From Pelomyxa schiedti (taxonomy: Eukaryota; Protista; Evosea), in the NCBI GenBank assembly GCA_020536535.1, contig JAHLWZ010000091.1, positions 1-64,000 on the forward strand: a DNA stretch of 64,000 nucleotides. The letters run 5' to 3'. A program made the translations under genes and the position numbers. Shown piece after piece: positions 37,805-51,951 of the stretch. Position 1 is the stretch's first letter. Every line of letters starts with the position of its first letter. A model generated the notes under the pieces. That model worked only from the letters and a program-made list of their open reading frames with translations, did not search any database and had not been told where the DNA came from.

Positions 37805-40800
37805 GTGGCGTCGTCGGGGGGCTCGGCGTCGTTCGTGAGGTTCCCTGCGGCCAAGGCGCCCGCGCCCCCGACGACGAGCTACCGGAACAGCACCGACTTC
37901 AAGGGCCTCACGCTCACCAGCATGCACCGCACCGCGCCAGCCGTCGCCGCGCCGGCTCCCCCCTCGGGCCCAAGCTGCCCGCCGCCGGCGTCCACCACGC
38001 ACCCAAGCGACTCCAACGCCACGCCATCGTCATCATCACCATCATCATCGACGGCACCGGCACCACCACCACCAACAACAACAACAACAACAACAACAGC
38101 AACAACAATCATCACCAGCGCCAGCAGCGCTACCATGAGCAATTTCAGCAGCAATAGCAATAGCGACAGCGAAGGCAAAAGCAGGAGCAATAGCAGTAGC
38201 AATGGCAGCAGTAGTAGCAATGGGGGATGCCATGGAAATGGAAATAGCAGTTGTAGCAGTGGAAGCACAACCAACGCTAATTGTCTACCTGTTGAGAATG
38301 TTGCTGTTGCCGCTTCGGTTGGAGTGGACATCCCACCGCCCAACGACGCCAACTTGGTGGCGCTGGTGCCTCCCCCGGGCCCCGGCATTCCCCCTCCGAA
38401 TATCCCGCCTCCACCTCCTGACGAGGTGCCATTTTTGTCTGAACTTCCACCACCACCGCCTCTAAATGCTGCCCCGGCTCCCCCGGCTTATATACCACCT
38501 CCACCACCTGAAATCATTGCCCCAGCACCTTCAAAGACATCTGCCTCGGCTCCTGCACAGCACACTCACACAAACAATTTAGCAAACTCCACGGCTTCTG
38601 CAACCCCAGGAAATGACGTGTCCACTACATATACAGCAGCCACCGCAGCTATAACAGCAACAGCCGTTGCCACAGCAGCGGCCACAGCCACTGCCATGGC
38701 CAATGCACAACCAAACTCCAGCTTGACATCTTCTCAGAGTGGACTCTCAAATTCTTGTGAAAATCTCAACTCTTCCTTTGACGAGTCAAAGCTGTGTGTT
38801 CCAAAAGACTGGTTCCACTTCCCTTTACATATGTATTCTTTTCCCTAAATAGGTCTATTGTACTGGAGGATGGAGTAGTCAAAATGGGAACAGTTGAAGC
38901 CTTAGTTGCACGCCTGACTACAGAGAAAAAACCTGGTATGAGAAAACACTTTTCCCCATAAAATGGTAAAAACAAAAAAACAAAACAGATCAGCAATTCA
39001 TGCTAAGATTTTTGCTTACACACAATGCACACACATCACCTTTCCGTCTCCTCGAGTTGTTAGTGAACAGGTAGGTTTACCTGTACTGTATGTGTCCAAT
39101 CAAAATTCTCCGAAGGTATAATTTGCAGCCCCCACCCACATGTACAGCTGAAGAGCGAGAAGTCTTTATGACTACAACTCTGAAATCCATACGTTTGCGG
39201 TTTGTTCTTCCTTTGCTCGTCATGCCTCACTCTTTTCAGCATTTTTGTTGTATTGAAGACGTGGATTGAGAATCTTTGGAATAGTAGTACAGACCCTGAA
39301 CTAGTGGAGAAAGCCAAGGAATTTGCCACAGAAGCTTCTCAGTCCATGAAAATGGCTGCTGAGCAGCTACATAGAACCATACATAAAGCTGTTTGTTCCA
39401 TTCTGCTTTGTCTAATAATTTTGCTGAAACTTTACAGGTGTCTGGAGAAGAAAAAACTCTCCGCATAGTGTGGGATAAGCCACCTCCACAACCACTCCTC
39501 CCTCTGGCCTTAAACCTGGGGTACGAGCTTACCCCAGAAATAATGTCATTCCAATCCATGCCGGTTTAACAAGCATCCCTAATTCCATTGATGTGACACA
39601 TAAAAAGATTAAAGAGATTGCTCGTCAGCTGACACTAATTGAACAAGCAATTTACAGAGCCATTAGGCCTTGGGAGCTACTAGGTCTTGCCTGGACAAAG
39701 AAAGATAAATCACTGGCCCCAAATGTGTCTAGAATGATACAGCACTTCAACAAGGTCTAAACTACCTTTTCTCTTCTAGTTGCATTTGACTTCCAAAGAT
39801 AAGCAACTGGATGTATACAGAAGTAACAGCGGTTGATGATCTGCAAATGAGAATTCGGACACTTGAACGCTGTATTGAGCTTGCAGATGTTGTTTTCCCC
39901 AAACAAACAGAAATTTAATGTCTTAGCTTCTTTACAGGCCCTTGAGGAATTGCAAAACTTTAATGCACTGATGGAAGTAGTTTCAGGTCTCACCAACAGC
40001 TGTGTATTCAGGCTTAAGAAAACTTGGGCAGTAAGCTCCATTAAGTCACAATACAAGTCTTATACAACTATCAGGGAATATCACCTCTACACAACAAAAT
40101 GTGGGAGTCTATACGGGAATTAACTGATGGTGCAAAGAACAATCAAGTACTCCGGAACAGAATAAAATCACTTCACCCAGTATTATCTCTTTTTCCATTC
40201 ACACTGCCTCTAATTAAAAAAAAAAAGCCATGCATTCCATATTTGGGGATTTACCTTACTGACTTCACATTCATTGGTTGGAAATATTGTACTAATTTTT
40301 TTCCTTAACAATCTAAAGAGGAGGGAAACCAAACGTTCATTGAGGACAAAGTCAATTTTTTCAAATGCACACTTCAGGTCAAAAACAGAACAATAAAGTA
40401 ACCCTGAGACTCTTCTAGGCGGGTGTAATTATCAACGTCCAGAATTACCAGCAACAGCCCTATTGCCTGGACCCGGTACAACCTATTGCTGATTGGATTC
40501 TCACACGTGGAACAAGTGCAACAGAAGATATGTGCTACAAACGTTCACTTGTGTATGTTACCTTTCCATATTATCATTTTATCATGAACTCCTTTTTAGG
40601 CTCGAACCAAAAGAGAAGTCTCCAGAAGAATCAAAACCAACTGAAGTAACTGAAGATGGTCCTCCCCCTGAAGAAGAGCTTTCACTCTTGATGCTATTCC
40701 CATATGAATTAGAGCCAACCCTGGTAAAGCTGAGTGGTTCAATGACAGTTGGTGCTGCTTGTCGGTAGTGTTTTTTTTTTTTTCTTTCAAGTTGCCAACT

Positions 40801-43800
40801 GATAATTTTACATGAAGTCTCGTGTATGACAAATGGAAAACCAAAAAGCCTCCTGCCATTTCGACTCCCTTTTTTTCCAAGATTATATCCCAGTGTGATC
40901 TCTCAATGCTTAAACTCGTTTTCCCTCAACCACACGACCAAGCATTTATGCTTGAAGAGCATCAAAATTTGGGAGATTTGGCTTCTTCTCTCCTTTCAAA
41001 TTCCCTGTCAAGGAAAGGGGTATCTTTCCTGTCATTACTTTAAGACTTAATGACAGGGCACAGAACGAAGTCTTTGCTCTTATCCCCTCTCCTGAGGTTA
41101 TTAGTTGTGTGTTTGTTACATCGACTTCTTGCGAGTCAAGTCGTATGCCACTGTTTCTTTTAAAAAAGCAAGTATAATGTATGACACAGATCCTCTTATT
41201 GACTGCAATGCACCCCTTGCCTTGATGGTGCCATTACTCCAGATCGCATTTGGTACAACTGAAAATGTTATTTTAGCCTATTACGAAAATGAAAGTCTGG
41301 GTGTGCACTTTCCCGCTTTTAACCGTTGTTTTCTCATTTTGTGGCAGTCCAATGGGTGAATTGCAACTTGTCATTCAACGAGCAAGGCTTGGGGAAAGGG
41401 ACTCTCGTAATTATTGCCCTCTCAACCTTTCAGGTTCTCCAAAGGTTCCAAGCAATACAATATCTGAACCAAAAAAGAAGGATTTTGTGCAATCTGATGA
41501 GGAAATCAGAGCACGAGGACAATCCTTCAATGCAGTATGTCTTGAATGTTATGAATCACACTGAGTTCTTTAGGGCGAGTGGTCACTGAGCGGACTTCTT
41601 CGAATATCTTCTAGCATTCACAGTAGCATCAAAGCTGCCCACTTGGATTTGCAGGCGAAAAGTCGCAAGCCTTTTGCAAAGGAAAAAGGCCGCTGGACTG
41701 TCATGGTTGATGGCTTACTGGTGTACTATGCCGGGATGGAGGTTGTGGTGTCTACCCTACCAAAACTTACACCCTTTCCAGGACCCAGAGCCAAAACATG
41801 TCCTTCCAATCCAACATTTTGATGTACAGTACATTCGTGACAGCTCTCAGCTGTGCATTTTAATGAGGCCCATTCTTCCCATCAAGGATTACAAGCCCTT
41901 TATTGTACTTTGTGCCCCAAACAATAAATAAATAAATAACAATTAAAAAAAAACCTGTTGCTCAGTAATTTTGTAGCTTTCTGCCCCTCAGGAAGAATTG
42001 ACGAGAACCTGTTTTTCCCTTATGCACACCCATGTAAGGCTGTTCTCCTTTTCCCCTGTTACTGATTCTTTTCTCAGTCTAGGGTTAATGGTTCGCCTAT
42101 TATCTCAACTGAATAACATTAATCTTCCTCAGAGAAAACAAGACAGTTCGGGATTTCTCTTAGTGTAATTGCTGCCCGCCCAGGGAACAAGTCCTTAGTT
42201 CCTTCCGTCTTGAGAGATATACTAAATTGGCTTCACTCTCATGGTAACCTGAGCTCTTTGCTATGTTCGTTGCTGTGCTGACCAGAGCCAGGTGTAAACA
42301 ACAATAGACTCTTTTCTGGGGAAGCAAATGGCTTTGTAATTGAAAGATTTAAGTCTCAGTTTGATTCTGGACTTGAAGTGGATCTAGGATCGTGTGACAG
42401 TCTTATCCTTGGGGAGCTGGTTTGCGTATTTTTGAGTGAATTGCCAGAGCCTCTCTTAACTTATGGACTGCACCCAAAATTCCTGCGTATTGCTGAACAA
42501 CTGGGTATCCTATAATTTTATGTTTAAAAATTCTAACCACTGTCCAAGTGAGGGACCCAACAAACCAAACTGAGATATTCAACCTCAGCTGTCTCATGGG
42601 CCAGTTACCACTCCCACATTATGCTGTAATAACATTCTTGATTGGCTACTTGCGGTCTTGGCTGGCTGAAAGTAAAGCTGATCTCCAAAAAGTACCAAGT
42701 GAGGTTTTCCTTCATGTTTGCCTCATAAATTAACTAGGTAGCACAAAATTTTGGTCCGCTATTTTTAAGACCTTCAGATGCTGATGCCCACGAAAGTCTC
42801 GGTTCTTCTACTGCACTGACCGCCGTGATGATTAAATGCCAAGATCAGGTGGGCTAACCTCTTTCTTTTTTGGGGTTTAACCAATAGCAGATTCTTTCTC
42901 GGTATGATAAAGACTTGTGGCCTCAATTCCATGAACAATTTGGAGAAAGCTATAAAGCACCTCCTACTGACATTCACTTAATTCGAACAGAAACAAAGAA
43001 GGTAATGTCAATACTGGTTTCCCTCAACAAATAATGTGGACGTTAGGAAATGCTGTATGCAATAAAAGAGGCCAAAACTCTTGGTGGGGAAATTCCACGA
43101 AAACCCTACAGTGAAGTAATCAAGCTTATGAACCAATCCGCACATAATACTTCTACAACGCCACCCTTCATAAACTCGCCAACACTCTCATCTTCCCCAA
43201 GTCCTTCTTTGCCTCCTATCGATTCCCGTTCAGGTTGTTTCTCTTTTGCTCTTGTAAATTCCCAATCTCACCAAACACACAAACACACAAACACACAAAC
43301 AAACAAAGAAGGTTCATGCTCGCCCCTACTATCGCCATCCTCACCAAACCTACGCGTTCACCACAAATCGTCTCTCCCGGCCATTCCTCTGCACACATTC
43401 CAGGCACAGTTCACACCGACCCCTCCTACCTCACCGCCTCCAATCTCGATCTCCATATCAATACAGGACATGCCCACCCGGCAGCAGAGCTTCTCGTCGC
43501 CGTCACCCGCCACCAACCCCCGCCCGGTGCTCCCCGAGCAGCCCATAATCCACCACAACGCCACCGACGACGACGACGAGATCCCGCCGCCGCCGCCGCC
43601 CACGCACCACCACCGGCACGTCTCGGCGTCCCACGCCACGTCGGCGCCGCAGCACGCCCACGGCAGCCCCCCGCCGCCGACGCACCACGTGCCGCAGCCC
43701 CCGCACTCGCCGGTCCCCACCCACCCGATCCTGCAGTCCCGCGTGACGCCCCGCTCGCTGCACCTGCCCCCCGCGCCCCCGCCCCCGCCCGGGCTGCAGC

Positions 43801-44009
43801 CCCTGCAGGCCTCGATGTCGCAGCCCAACCTCGGCCTCAAGGGAGGAGGCGGAGGAGGAGTGGGGGGCGGCACTACCACCAATACTATTACCACCTCTGG
43901 GACTGCGGCTGTAAAACAAGCACCGCCCCCACCCAGTCGTTTACCCCCGGGCGTGGCGCCAACGCCACCCCTCAGCCCCACTTCCTCACCATCCTCCTCA
44001 CAGCACTGA
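37805..44009 (+). CDS. RasGEF (REM plus CDC25), PH and RhoGAP-like protein with Pro-rich termini
   Basis: [98 protein letters not shown]; start codon uncertain (first in-frame ATG at 37922). Confidence 0.9.
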
Positions 44010-44210
44010 ATTCTCTACTACTTGGTGTTGATACTCTTTGTCATGTCAATCAGCCAGTTTTGTACAGTAGAAAGAGCCATTATGGACCGTTTTTCACCAA
44101 CTTTGACCGTCTTTAAAAATAAAAGAGAACAATAGCTTGTTTTGAGAATAAAAATATTTCTTATTTTTCACAGTAAACTTGCCATGTATGTATACTACAA
44201 TGAAAGAAAG

Positions 44211-47200
44211 TTACAACAGAAGTGTTCGTGTCACTATCTCCTCGAATGTGGGTCTTGCTGCTGGATCATTGTTCCAGCATTCTTCCATTAATTCCGCATA
44301 TCGCACGTAGGATTCTGTGACAACAAATGAGACAAAGGCCGAAAATCAACTAACAACACACGGGGTATTGCGGCAGGAAGAGGAGGTCTTAAACCCTGGA
44401 TGATATCGGGAATAAGGTCCGCATCCGACCTATCATTGAATGGAATCTTGCCGGTCATCATCTCCCACCTGGAAATAAAGTTGAGTGTGGAGTAATTCTG
44501 GTTACGGTAAACCCAGCTCACATTACAATCGAAAAGGAGTAAGTGTCAGCTTTTTCTGTATATGTTGACTCGGCTAGCACTTCTGGTGCTGCCCAGCAAA
44601 CTTTTTAGAAATGAGGTTAAGTTAAGGGTGTTCTTCAGAGAACTTACCAGTTCCACAGACTGTCATAGCTTTGTTCACACTTTTAAATCTACTTAGACCA
44701 AAATCACAAATCTGTTTTGATCAATGTAAAATCCTTTAAAAATGGAAGTTGTACCTTGATGTCCCACTTCTTGTTCACCTTTTTTTTATGAAGTGTGTTT
44801 TAGTTTTGTTCGGATCGGGAAGAATTCATACCAAGACATTAGCACATTTCAAGTCACGATGTACAATGACAGGTTTGGCTGTGTGCAAAAATAGCATTCC
44901 TTGTGCAATGGAATGTGTACAAAGCTTGGTTTGATTCCATGACAACCGTTCTCCTTTGTCCAAAAGACCCTTTTATTGTTGGTTGCCAAAGAGACATCGG
45001 TTTTTTTGTTGTTACTCGAAGACTGCCAAGTTCCATGAACTCTGTAATGATACACATGTCTGGTGCTTTTAGACACGCGCCCATGAATAACACAATGCTA
45101 ACGATTTTAAAAGAAGTAAAGGTATGAGGGAAGTACTTGGGGTGCCTTAGCTCACTAGTAGAGAGGTTAGGTTCTGTCATAGTGAGTTTCAAGTATTACC
45201 TCATCAACGCTATTTCTTTGAGTTGATTGTAGCGTTCACCCTCTGAATCACCCTCTTTCTGATTGAGGAGCCGTTTGACAGCAACACGCTGTCCCCTCCA
45301 CTTAGCATACCAAACCTCACCAAAGTTGCCTTTCCCGATAATATGCAGTAAGTTAATTTCGTTCCACTCTACTTGCCAGCCTGATGACTCGGAGGTAATA
45401 ATTGCATTCTGAGAGCTGGAAGTATTCATAAAAGCGGAGTTATAGTAGCCAGAAGAATCAAACTCCCGGCATTTCAGACTCACAGGAACAAACTAACATG
45501 ATGGTTAAGGGCATCCTACAATGAATAAACTCGGGAAAAACTTGATAAACAGTTTCAGGAGCAGAGAATCCACTCCACTTGAACGTTCCATATAATGACA
45601 AATCGCCAATGTTTCTCAATTCTTCATTTGGGTCTGATTGGATCATATCATTACATATTTTGTGCATGTCAGCACTCAAGGTTATTTGTCCTCCCTATTC
45701 GGCTAAATAAGGGCTAAATAACAGTAACATAAAACAAAAGACACACCTGCCCAGAGGACGCCACTTTGGATGTTTTGATTACAGTTGGTCCGAAATAAGT
45801 CATTCTTTCTGTAGAAATTCGTTTAAACCACAACTGAAGGGAAGTACTACTTGTGGTTGGATCCAAGTCAACATCTGGGTGCCCATAATGGCATCCCATT
45901 CGAACTTGTAAACCACGGAAAGCAAGTGCACCGTCTAAGAAAGTGTGTAAGAAAGCCCTTCAGTTTAAAGCTCTTTTATACCAATGATCTGATTGCTACA
46001 CAGTGAATTGGTCAACAATGTAGGGTCCCAAGGTGCTGAGATCACAGTTAAACATTGGAGAATGGAAGAAGGTACCGTTGAGCAAAGCAATCTGCGCATC
46101 ATTGCAAAACCGAAGTGCTTTTAAAGGGTTTTTAAATACTACAGTAAAAGATTCCCCCTCTGTTTTAGATTCATAGCCATTGTTTTCACGGTAAGTTTTT
46201 CTAATAATGCTATTGTGCAAGCTAAGAGCTCTCTTCCTGCTGGCGTTGAGCGAAAATACATACAAAGTGAGGTTACATGATGTTGGGATCCCATTCCCAC
46301 AGTGTTGCGGCGCCTCGAACCTCTAAAACGGTGAGGCACATAATACAATACGCAACTTCAACCTGTGAAAACTAAAGCTAGATTTCCCGAAGGTGCTTCT
46401 GCATCACTAAAGCTCTGTTCAACTTCCTATGCACATTAGCTCATTCTCGTTGCTTTTGTGCGGAGAAATACAATGATGTGATTAAGGTGAGAGTCTAGCT
46501 TTTCCCATTCTTTCAAAATTTCAGCAAAGCTTGGCCGTAAGCTTGTATTGAACAATCAATGTTTTCGCCAGATGAAAGGGGAACACACTCTGGAACAACA
46601 CTCCAGCAAGATTGCATGAGTTTTGCTACCGGCTCAATGACAGATGACGGTATAACGGGTCTGCAGTGCCTACTAAAAAAAAACGGTTGTGGAAGAATAG
46701 AAGTGGAACCTCAAATTTTCTTTGGTAACCTTGTGGATAACAGTGAATGCATTCATATTTTCGTATAGTCTCTCTCGCGTGAATATCTTTTAAAAGTTTA
46801 CTTGTTTTCTCACAGGGAGAGTTACAAACCTCCCATAACGAAATCCCGTAAGAATATACATCTGATTTTGTGGTATAGGGTGCTTTATTTAGGACTTCTG
46901 GAGCAGCCCATTGAACCGAGCTCGAAACTCGTTTCGATCCCTCAGCAAAAATGGACATTCCGAAATCTGCCACCTGCCAAGAAAATATTGTAAACAGAAT
47001 GAAGCACCACAAAAACGCACTTTACAATTGAGCTTTGAGTCCACCTAGTGTTGAAGTCAGATAACAAAGTCACAAGATTGGAAAAACCAATAAATTCGCA
47101 GGTTTTATATCACAGTGGATAATGATAGGGTCAAATGTGTGCAAAAAGTTTAGCCCTTTCGCAACATCTTTTGCCATAGAAAGTTTGTTCGAGAGGGAGA

Positions 47201-49813
47201 GAAATCTGCCTTGGTCTCGGAGGATGTCAGCAAGGGATCCCTCTGACATATACTCTGGAAAAAGGGCATGAAATAGAGGAAAAAAGCAGTAATGTTCCCC
47301 ACCAGTGACAATGTACAAATACTCGGGGTCAACCCCAAAAGCCATAAAGAGTACAACCTGAATGAGGTAAGGGACCAAAATGATTAGGTTACGCTACTTG
47401 AGGATGTCTGAGAAGTCTGCTCGTTACGGTAAGAAAAAATACAGCAATTAAAAGAATTTACCTCAAAATCTCCACTTCCCGTTCAAACTCGTCTAGCTTG
47501 TGCCGAACAGTTTGGGTTTGTATCTGTTTGACAGCTACATCAGTCCCACGCCATTCCCCTCTATTTTGTGCATTACGAAGTACTCAAAGAGTGCTGACGT
47601 GTGTACTTATATACGGTGCCAAACGATCCAACACCAATCTGCTTGGATAATGTCAATTCCTTGGGATCTACCTTCCAGATATTAAGGGCTGTGTCTGATA
47701 GTTCATGGATTCTCTGAGAGAGGTTCTTTCCAAGACAATAAAAAAAATAAAGGAGTGATACTCTTGAGTGTCTGAAGTACCTCAGCCAAACCATTATGCT
47801 TGCGAGAATGACAAGAGTGCAAAAAGAAGTTATACTCACTCCAAGTACAAGAGCTATGAGGTATTAATAGTAAAAGTAATTAGCTTCCCTCACACATGTG
47901 TTAACATGGCTGCAAGCAACAGGCCCGCAAGGATAATTATCGTCAATTATTTTCTGTTCAAGGGCAGCAGCATTTACCAACGCGTCCTGTGCGTCTTCTA
48001 ATCCTACCGCAGCGCGGCCAATCTGCTCCATATGGGGGACTAGGAGATCAACATACTCCGGCAACCTAAACTAAAGTGAGCTTTCCATATAAAAGGGAAA
48101 TCCAACCTCCAAAAATCTTTCGTGTACGGGAAAACCAAACTATAGATACTATTGTAAGGCTTGAGGCTTTGGAAAGCAGAACTCATTATAATGTCCTAAT
48201 AATAGTAAAAACAGAGAGAAGGACCAAGCTACCTTTCTTGTTGAAAATCCCCCTCTTGAAGCCCACTCTTTTTGTACAGCTTTGGAGAGAAGCCACTTGA
48301 ACAAGTCAATGGCAGCTTCTTTATTCGGAGATTTCGAGTAGATACCAAGTCCCTGGGTAATTGTTATAAGAACAAGTTTAATGTAAATGAAAACCTGTCC
48401 TCCTAGGGATACATCAAACCCAATTGGGAGTGCTGCATAAGATAAATTCGAGGAATGGAGACAAGAGACTGTATCAAGGAATGAAGGGCCGAAATTTATC
48501 TGCAGTAGTCAGGTTATGCATATGTCTCGGATTGATACCCAAATAGTTCCCATTGCCGCAGTGCCATTGCATAGGAGCTGTCTTTATTAAGGGAAATCTG
48601 GTAACAAATGGAAGTACATTAATGACATCTGTGTGCTGAGCAGAATCACAGGGGGTCCCAATTCCATTGCATGTCTGTATCAAGTTGCGAACAAACTTCG
48701 TGGCATTAATATTTTGGGGACTATCCAGAACACCCTCAATCTCATAGGAAGACTCGTCCCACAATTCGCCTTGTGTTCTGTTAACGAAAGTGGACTTCCT
48801 TTTTCACCCACCTCCAAATGCCCATGCAATTTGATTCCAATTACAAGCAAATTGATCATAACACAATTCAGGATCATGACACCATGCTGCAACAAAGCCA
48901 GCAGGTGCCCCCAAAGAAGGCTTGGCATGGAACTGTTGTGCAATAGACAGTATGTCATCCCTATCAAGGTGAAATATGTGAGGTAGCCCTCTATGCTAAG
49001 AAACTCACCAGGATTCAGGTACGTCGAATCCGTTCTTCTCAAATAAGTCTTTTCGGTAAATTAAAGCCATACAATCACCATTGAAGCCAAACCCTTTTTT
49101 TAGTTAGTTTAAAGAGGAGTGGGGAAGGAAACCCCAATAGCTCTGGCTTTGGAACTGTCCATAGTAATCAAGCTTATAGTAGTTCTCCTTTTCTGGTAAC
49201 ACAATATCTGTGACCTTTAGGAAATATTGTTCAACACTGCAGAAGGGGGTAAGGCAGAGTATTACATCTAAGATGTAGCCATTGTCTACTATGTCACCAA
49301 CCCATTGGCTATCATAAAGGGCTAGATCAGGCCCACGCCCCACTGCCCATCCATTTGTTATGGTATTTTTGTACCACTTACAGGTATTAAACCAATAATA
49401 TGGGAAAAGGCAAGGTACGTACATCTCCTATCGGGGGGCAATCCTAACGAAAATTTAGCGTTACTCCCAACGCGTGGACGTGGTACCATTTGCACTACGG
49501 CATCAGTGTAGAGATCATCCAGCATCCTCTGCAAAATGTAACATGGTGTCCAGTCGAACCACCCGATGGTCAGGTTGACAACGTGGTGGTTTCTGCTCAC
49601 TTTTTCTTCGACTGTCGCGGAGGCCGAGATCTGCGCGAGATGTAGCGCGACACACAGCCACAAGAGTACAGGCCGCGTCGTTTCTACGGAATGGTCTGTC
49701 TGAGATCGCAGGTGGTATTCGGTAGTTTGTAACTTGAGTGTTGCTTTGTTCGTGTGAGATTTTGATTATTTTACAGAAATCCGATCGCGTTCAGAGATCT
49801 TCGCCCGGCACAT
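44211..49813 (-). CDS. Receptor with an extracellular solute-binding (ABC sugar-binding-like) domain, TM helix, kinase, class III cyclase-like domain and a second kinase
   Basis: Leader VLLWLCVALHLAQISAS; DLALYDSQWVG; TM SITSFCTLVILASIMVWL; kinase 1 GVGSFG, HCDIKPAN, DFG, WAAPE; cyclase GNLALVFT, GYESKTEGESF, GLQVRMGCHYG; kinase 2 GKGNFGEV, HRDLKCAN, DFGLS. Confidence 0.9.
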
Positions 49814-49988
49814 CGATTAGGCTAAATCAAGAAGGAAGAAACCAAAGAACTATTTTTGGCTACTGGATTACATCATCCCGGGATCAACAAACCGAAAGGC
49901 ATAATTTCTACATAACAAAAAAAAAACAAACCCACAAAATAAACACGCCTCGTTGGTGCCGGTGTTGGTGCAACCACACACAATCTGA

Positions 49989-50629
49989 ATGATGTCGGCT
50001 GCGGTATACTGGACTGGGACGCCTCCCGTGTTGTGCTCTACGCCGATCCCTTCTTCAGCATCATTACCGCAGGCTACGAGAAAGGGCCAGATCTCGGTGT
50101 CCTCGACTGCAACTGCATCTTCGTCAGCGTCGAGTTGCGAGGAAGCTATGTCGAGGGTAGTTGGCGACGAGTATCTGGTGACTGTGGTGTTAGGCTGCAT
50201 CAACAACGGAGTTGACTCGTGTCGTGCCTCTCACGTTTGCAAAAAGTGGAGGCAGCTATGCGATGAAGACTTCTACAAGGTAATAGTATCCTGTTCGGTC
50301 AACAGTCTCCTTAACATCGCCAGGAAAAGTGCAAAGAGAAGTTCTCTGGAAAAACAACGGGTGTATACAGCTCATGGAAGCACATGTTTGTTGACGGCAA
50401 CAAGAAGAACTTGTCAAGCAGAGTTCGCTCTCTTAACCGCTGTGCTCGCGTCGACTGTGCCTGGTGCGCTAGGAATTCTTGCGCAGTTGCTCATTCAAGT
50501 ACAAGCTTTGTACCCGTAGACTCCGCCATTGGCTCCATTGGAAACATGCATTCTGTTCAATACGCGGGCGTGTTTCACTCCATGGCTCTTGCCTGCACCC
50601 GCCTCCGAGCCATGCTGTCATCGTATTGA
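49989..50629 (+). CDS. F-box-like protein (2 exons)
   Basis: DEYLVTVVLGCI..VDSCRASHVCKKWRQLC..DFYK, intron, KKCKEKF..SWKHMF. Confidence 0.7.
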
Positions 50630-50723
50630 TTTAACCTGTTCCCATAACAATTAACAATCACAACAAAAAAATTGCTGAGAGATTCTCTCGCTTGTTTTTA
50701 TCCTTGGCTTTTTTTTTTGTTGC

Positions 50724-51951
50724 TCAACTCTTGTTGGCCTCTGGGGTAGTAGTGGTAACAGTGGATTGTTGTTGATTCTGAACGGCAGACTGAGAGGGCG
50801 TGGGTGTGGGTGTGGTAGTGGGTGCTTGTACTGGAGGTGCTACAACAAGCCCCCTTATAGTCAGGTCGTAAATGATCTCTTCTATCTGAAGGAAAGTGGA
50901 AGAGAAAGCAAAAAGTTGTTACAAATGGGGAATGGCACACCCTTTTGAGGTCGTACTTCATAGAGTCAAATCGCTTTCTCAAACTGTCGTTCTTTAGGTT
51001 CAGTTGTTGAAACCCTACGGGATGTTAAAGAGTAAACCCAAGTATTACACTGCAAAGATACCAGAATACAAGTCATGCAAGAATGCAGAAATTTTCTGTG
51101 GTGTTGCATATTCCCCTCGAATAACACAGTTGACAGAGTATCTCACTAATTCACTTGGTATTCCGCAAAGACCTTGGGAAGTTTCTTCAGTCATTTATCC
51201 AGTCGTTACTGAGTACACACCGTGCAAATAAGTCTCAAGATCAATACCAAAAGAATCAGTGTCAGCAACAGCGGCTGCTCCATCGATGTTTCTTGTAGGA
51301 AGCCCCAAGATGGCCTGTGTAGAGTGTATAGAGAACAGCCACGTTAGTATTCTACGAAATTGACAACTCCCACTCAATTGGCATATTTAAGGAAGTACAA
51401 ACTTCAATTTCTGGAATTGTCACTAATTTGGCCTCATCCAACCAGATGACTGTCGCTATAACTTGTACCTGAAATTGGATGTTACGATAACAGAGAGCTT
51501 AGCGTAACTTACAAGGTTGCTCATATGCATCCTGAATATTTCATTGTACTTGTAAAAGAGCCCCGGTTGTATATGGCCCCGTAGTACACCGATATGTTTG
51601 CACGCGTCATTTGCCACAAGCTCTAGCACACTTCTCCTCAGAGCTGCTCACAAAGTCAAAATGCAAAATCAGCGATGAGAAATGAGAAACAAGACCCTTG
51701 TGCATATCCACCGCAGAGAGTGCCGAAGTCCCTGACGGGAAGAAGAAGCACCGCGAAACCGCAGCAGAGCACGCTGCCACAGAGGACTGCAACAACTTTG
51801 CGGTGTCGCGGATAACTTCGCGAGTGGATTCTTCCGTAGTCAACAAAGTGCTGATCTCCTGCATCACCCCATTCACTCCCGCAATCACATCCGCGGCCGC
51901 ATTACCACTAGATGTTGTAGTTGATGCCACGGCAGATCCCTTGTTGTCCAT
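50724..51951 (-). CDS. TSN: Translin
   Basis: EESTREVIRD; GLFYKYNE; FGIDLETYLHGV; NLKNDSLRKRFDSMKYDLKR.EEIIYDLTIRGL. Confidence 0.93.
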
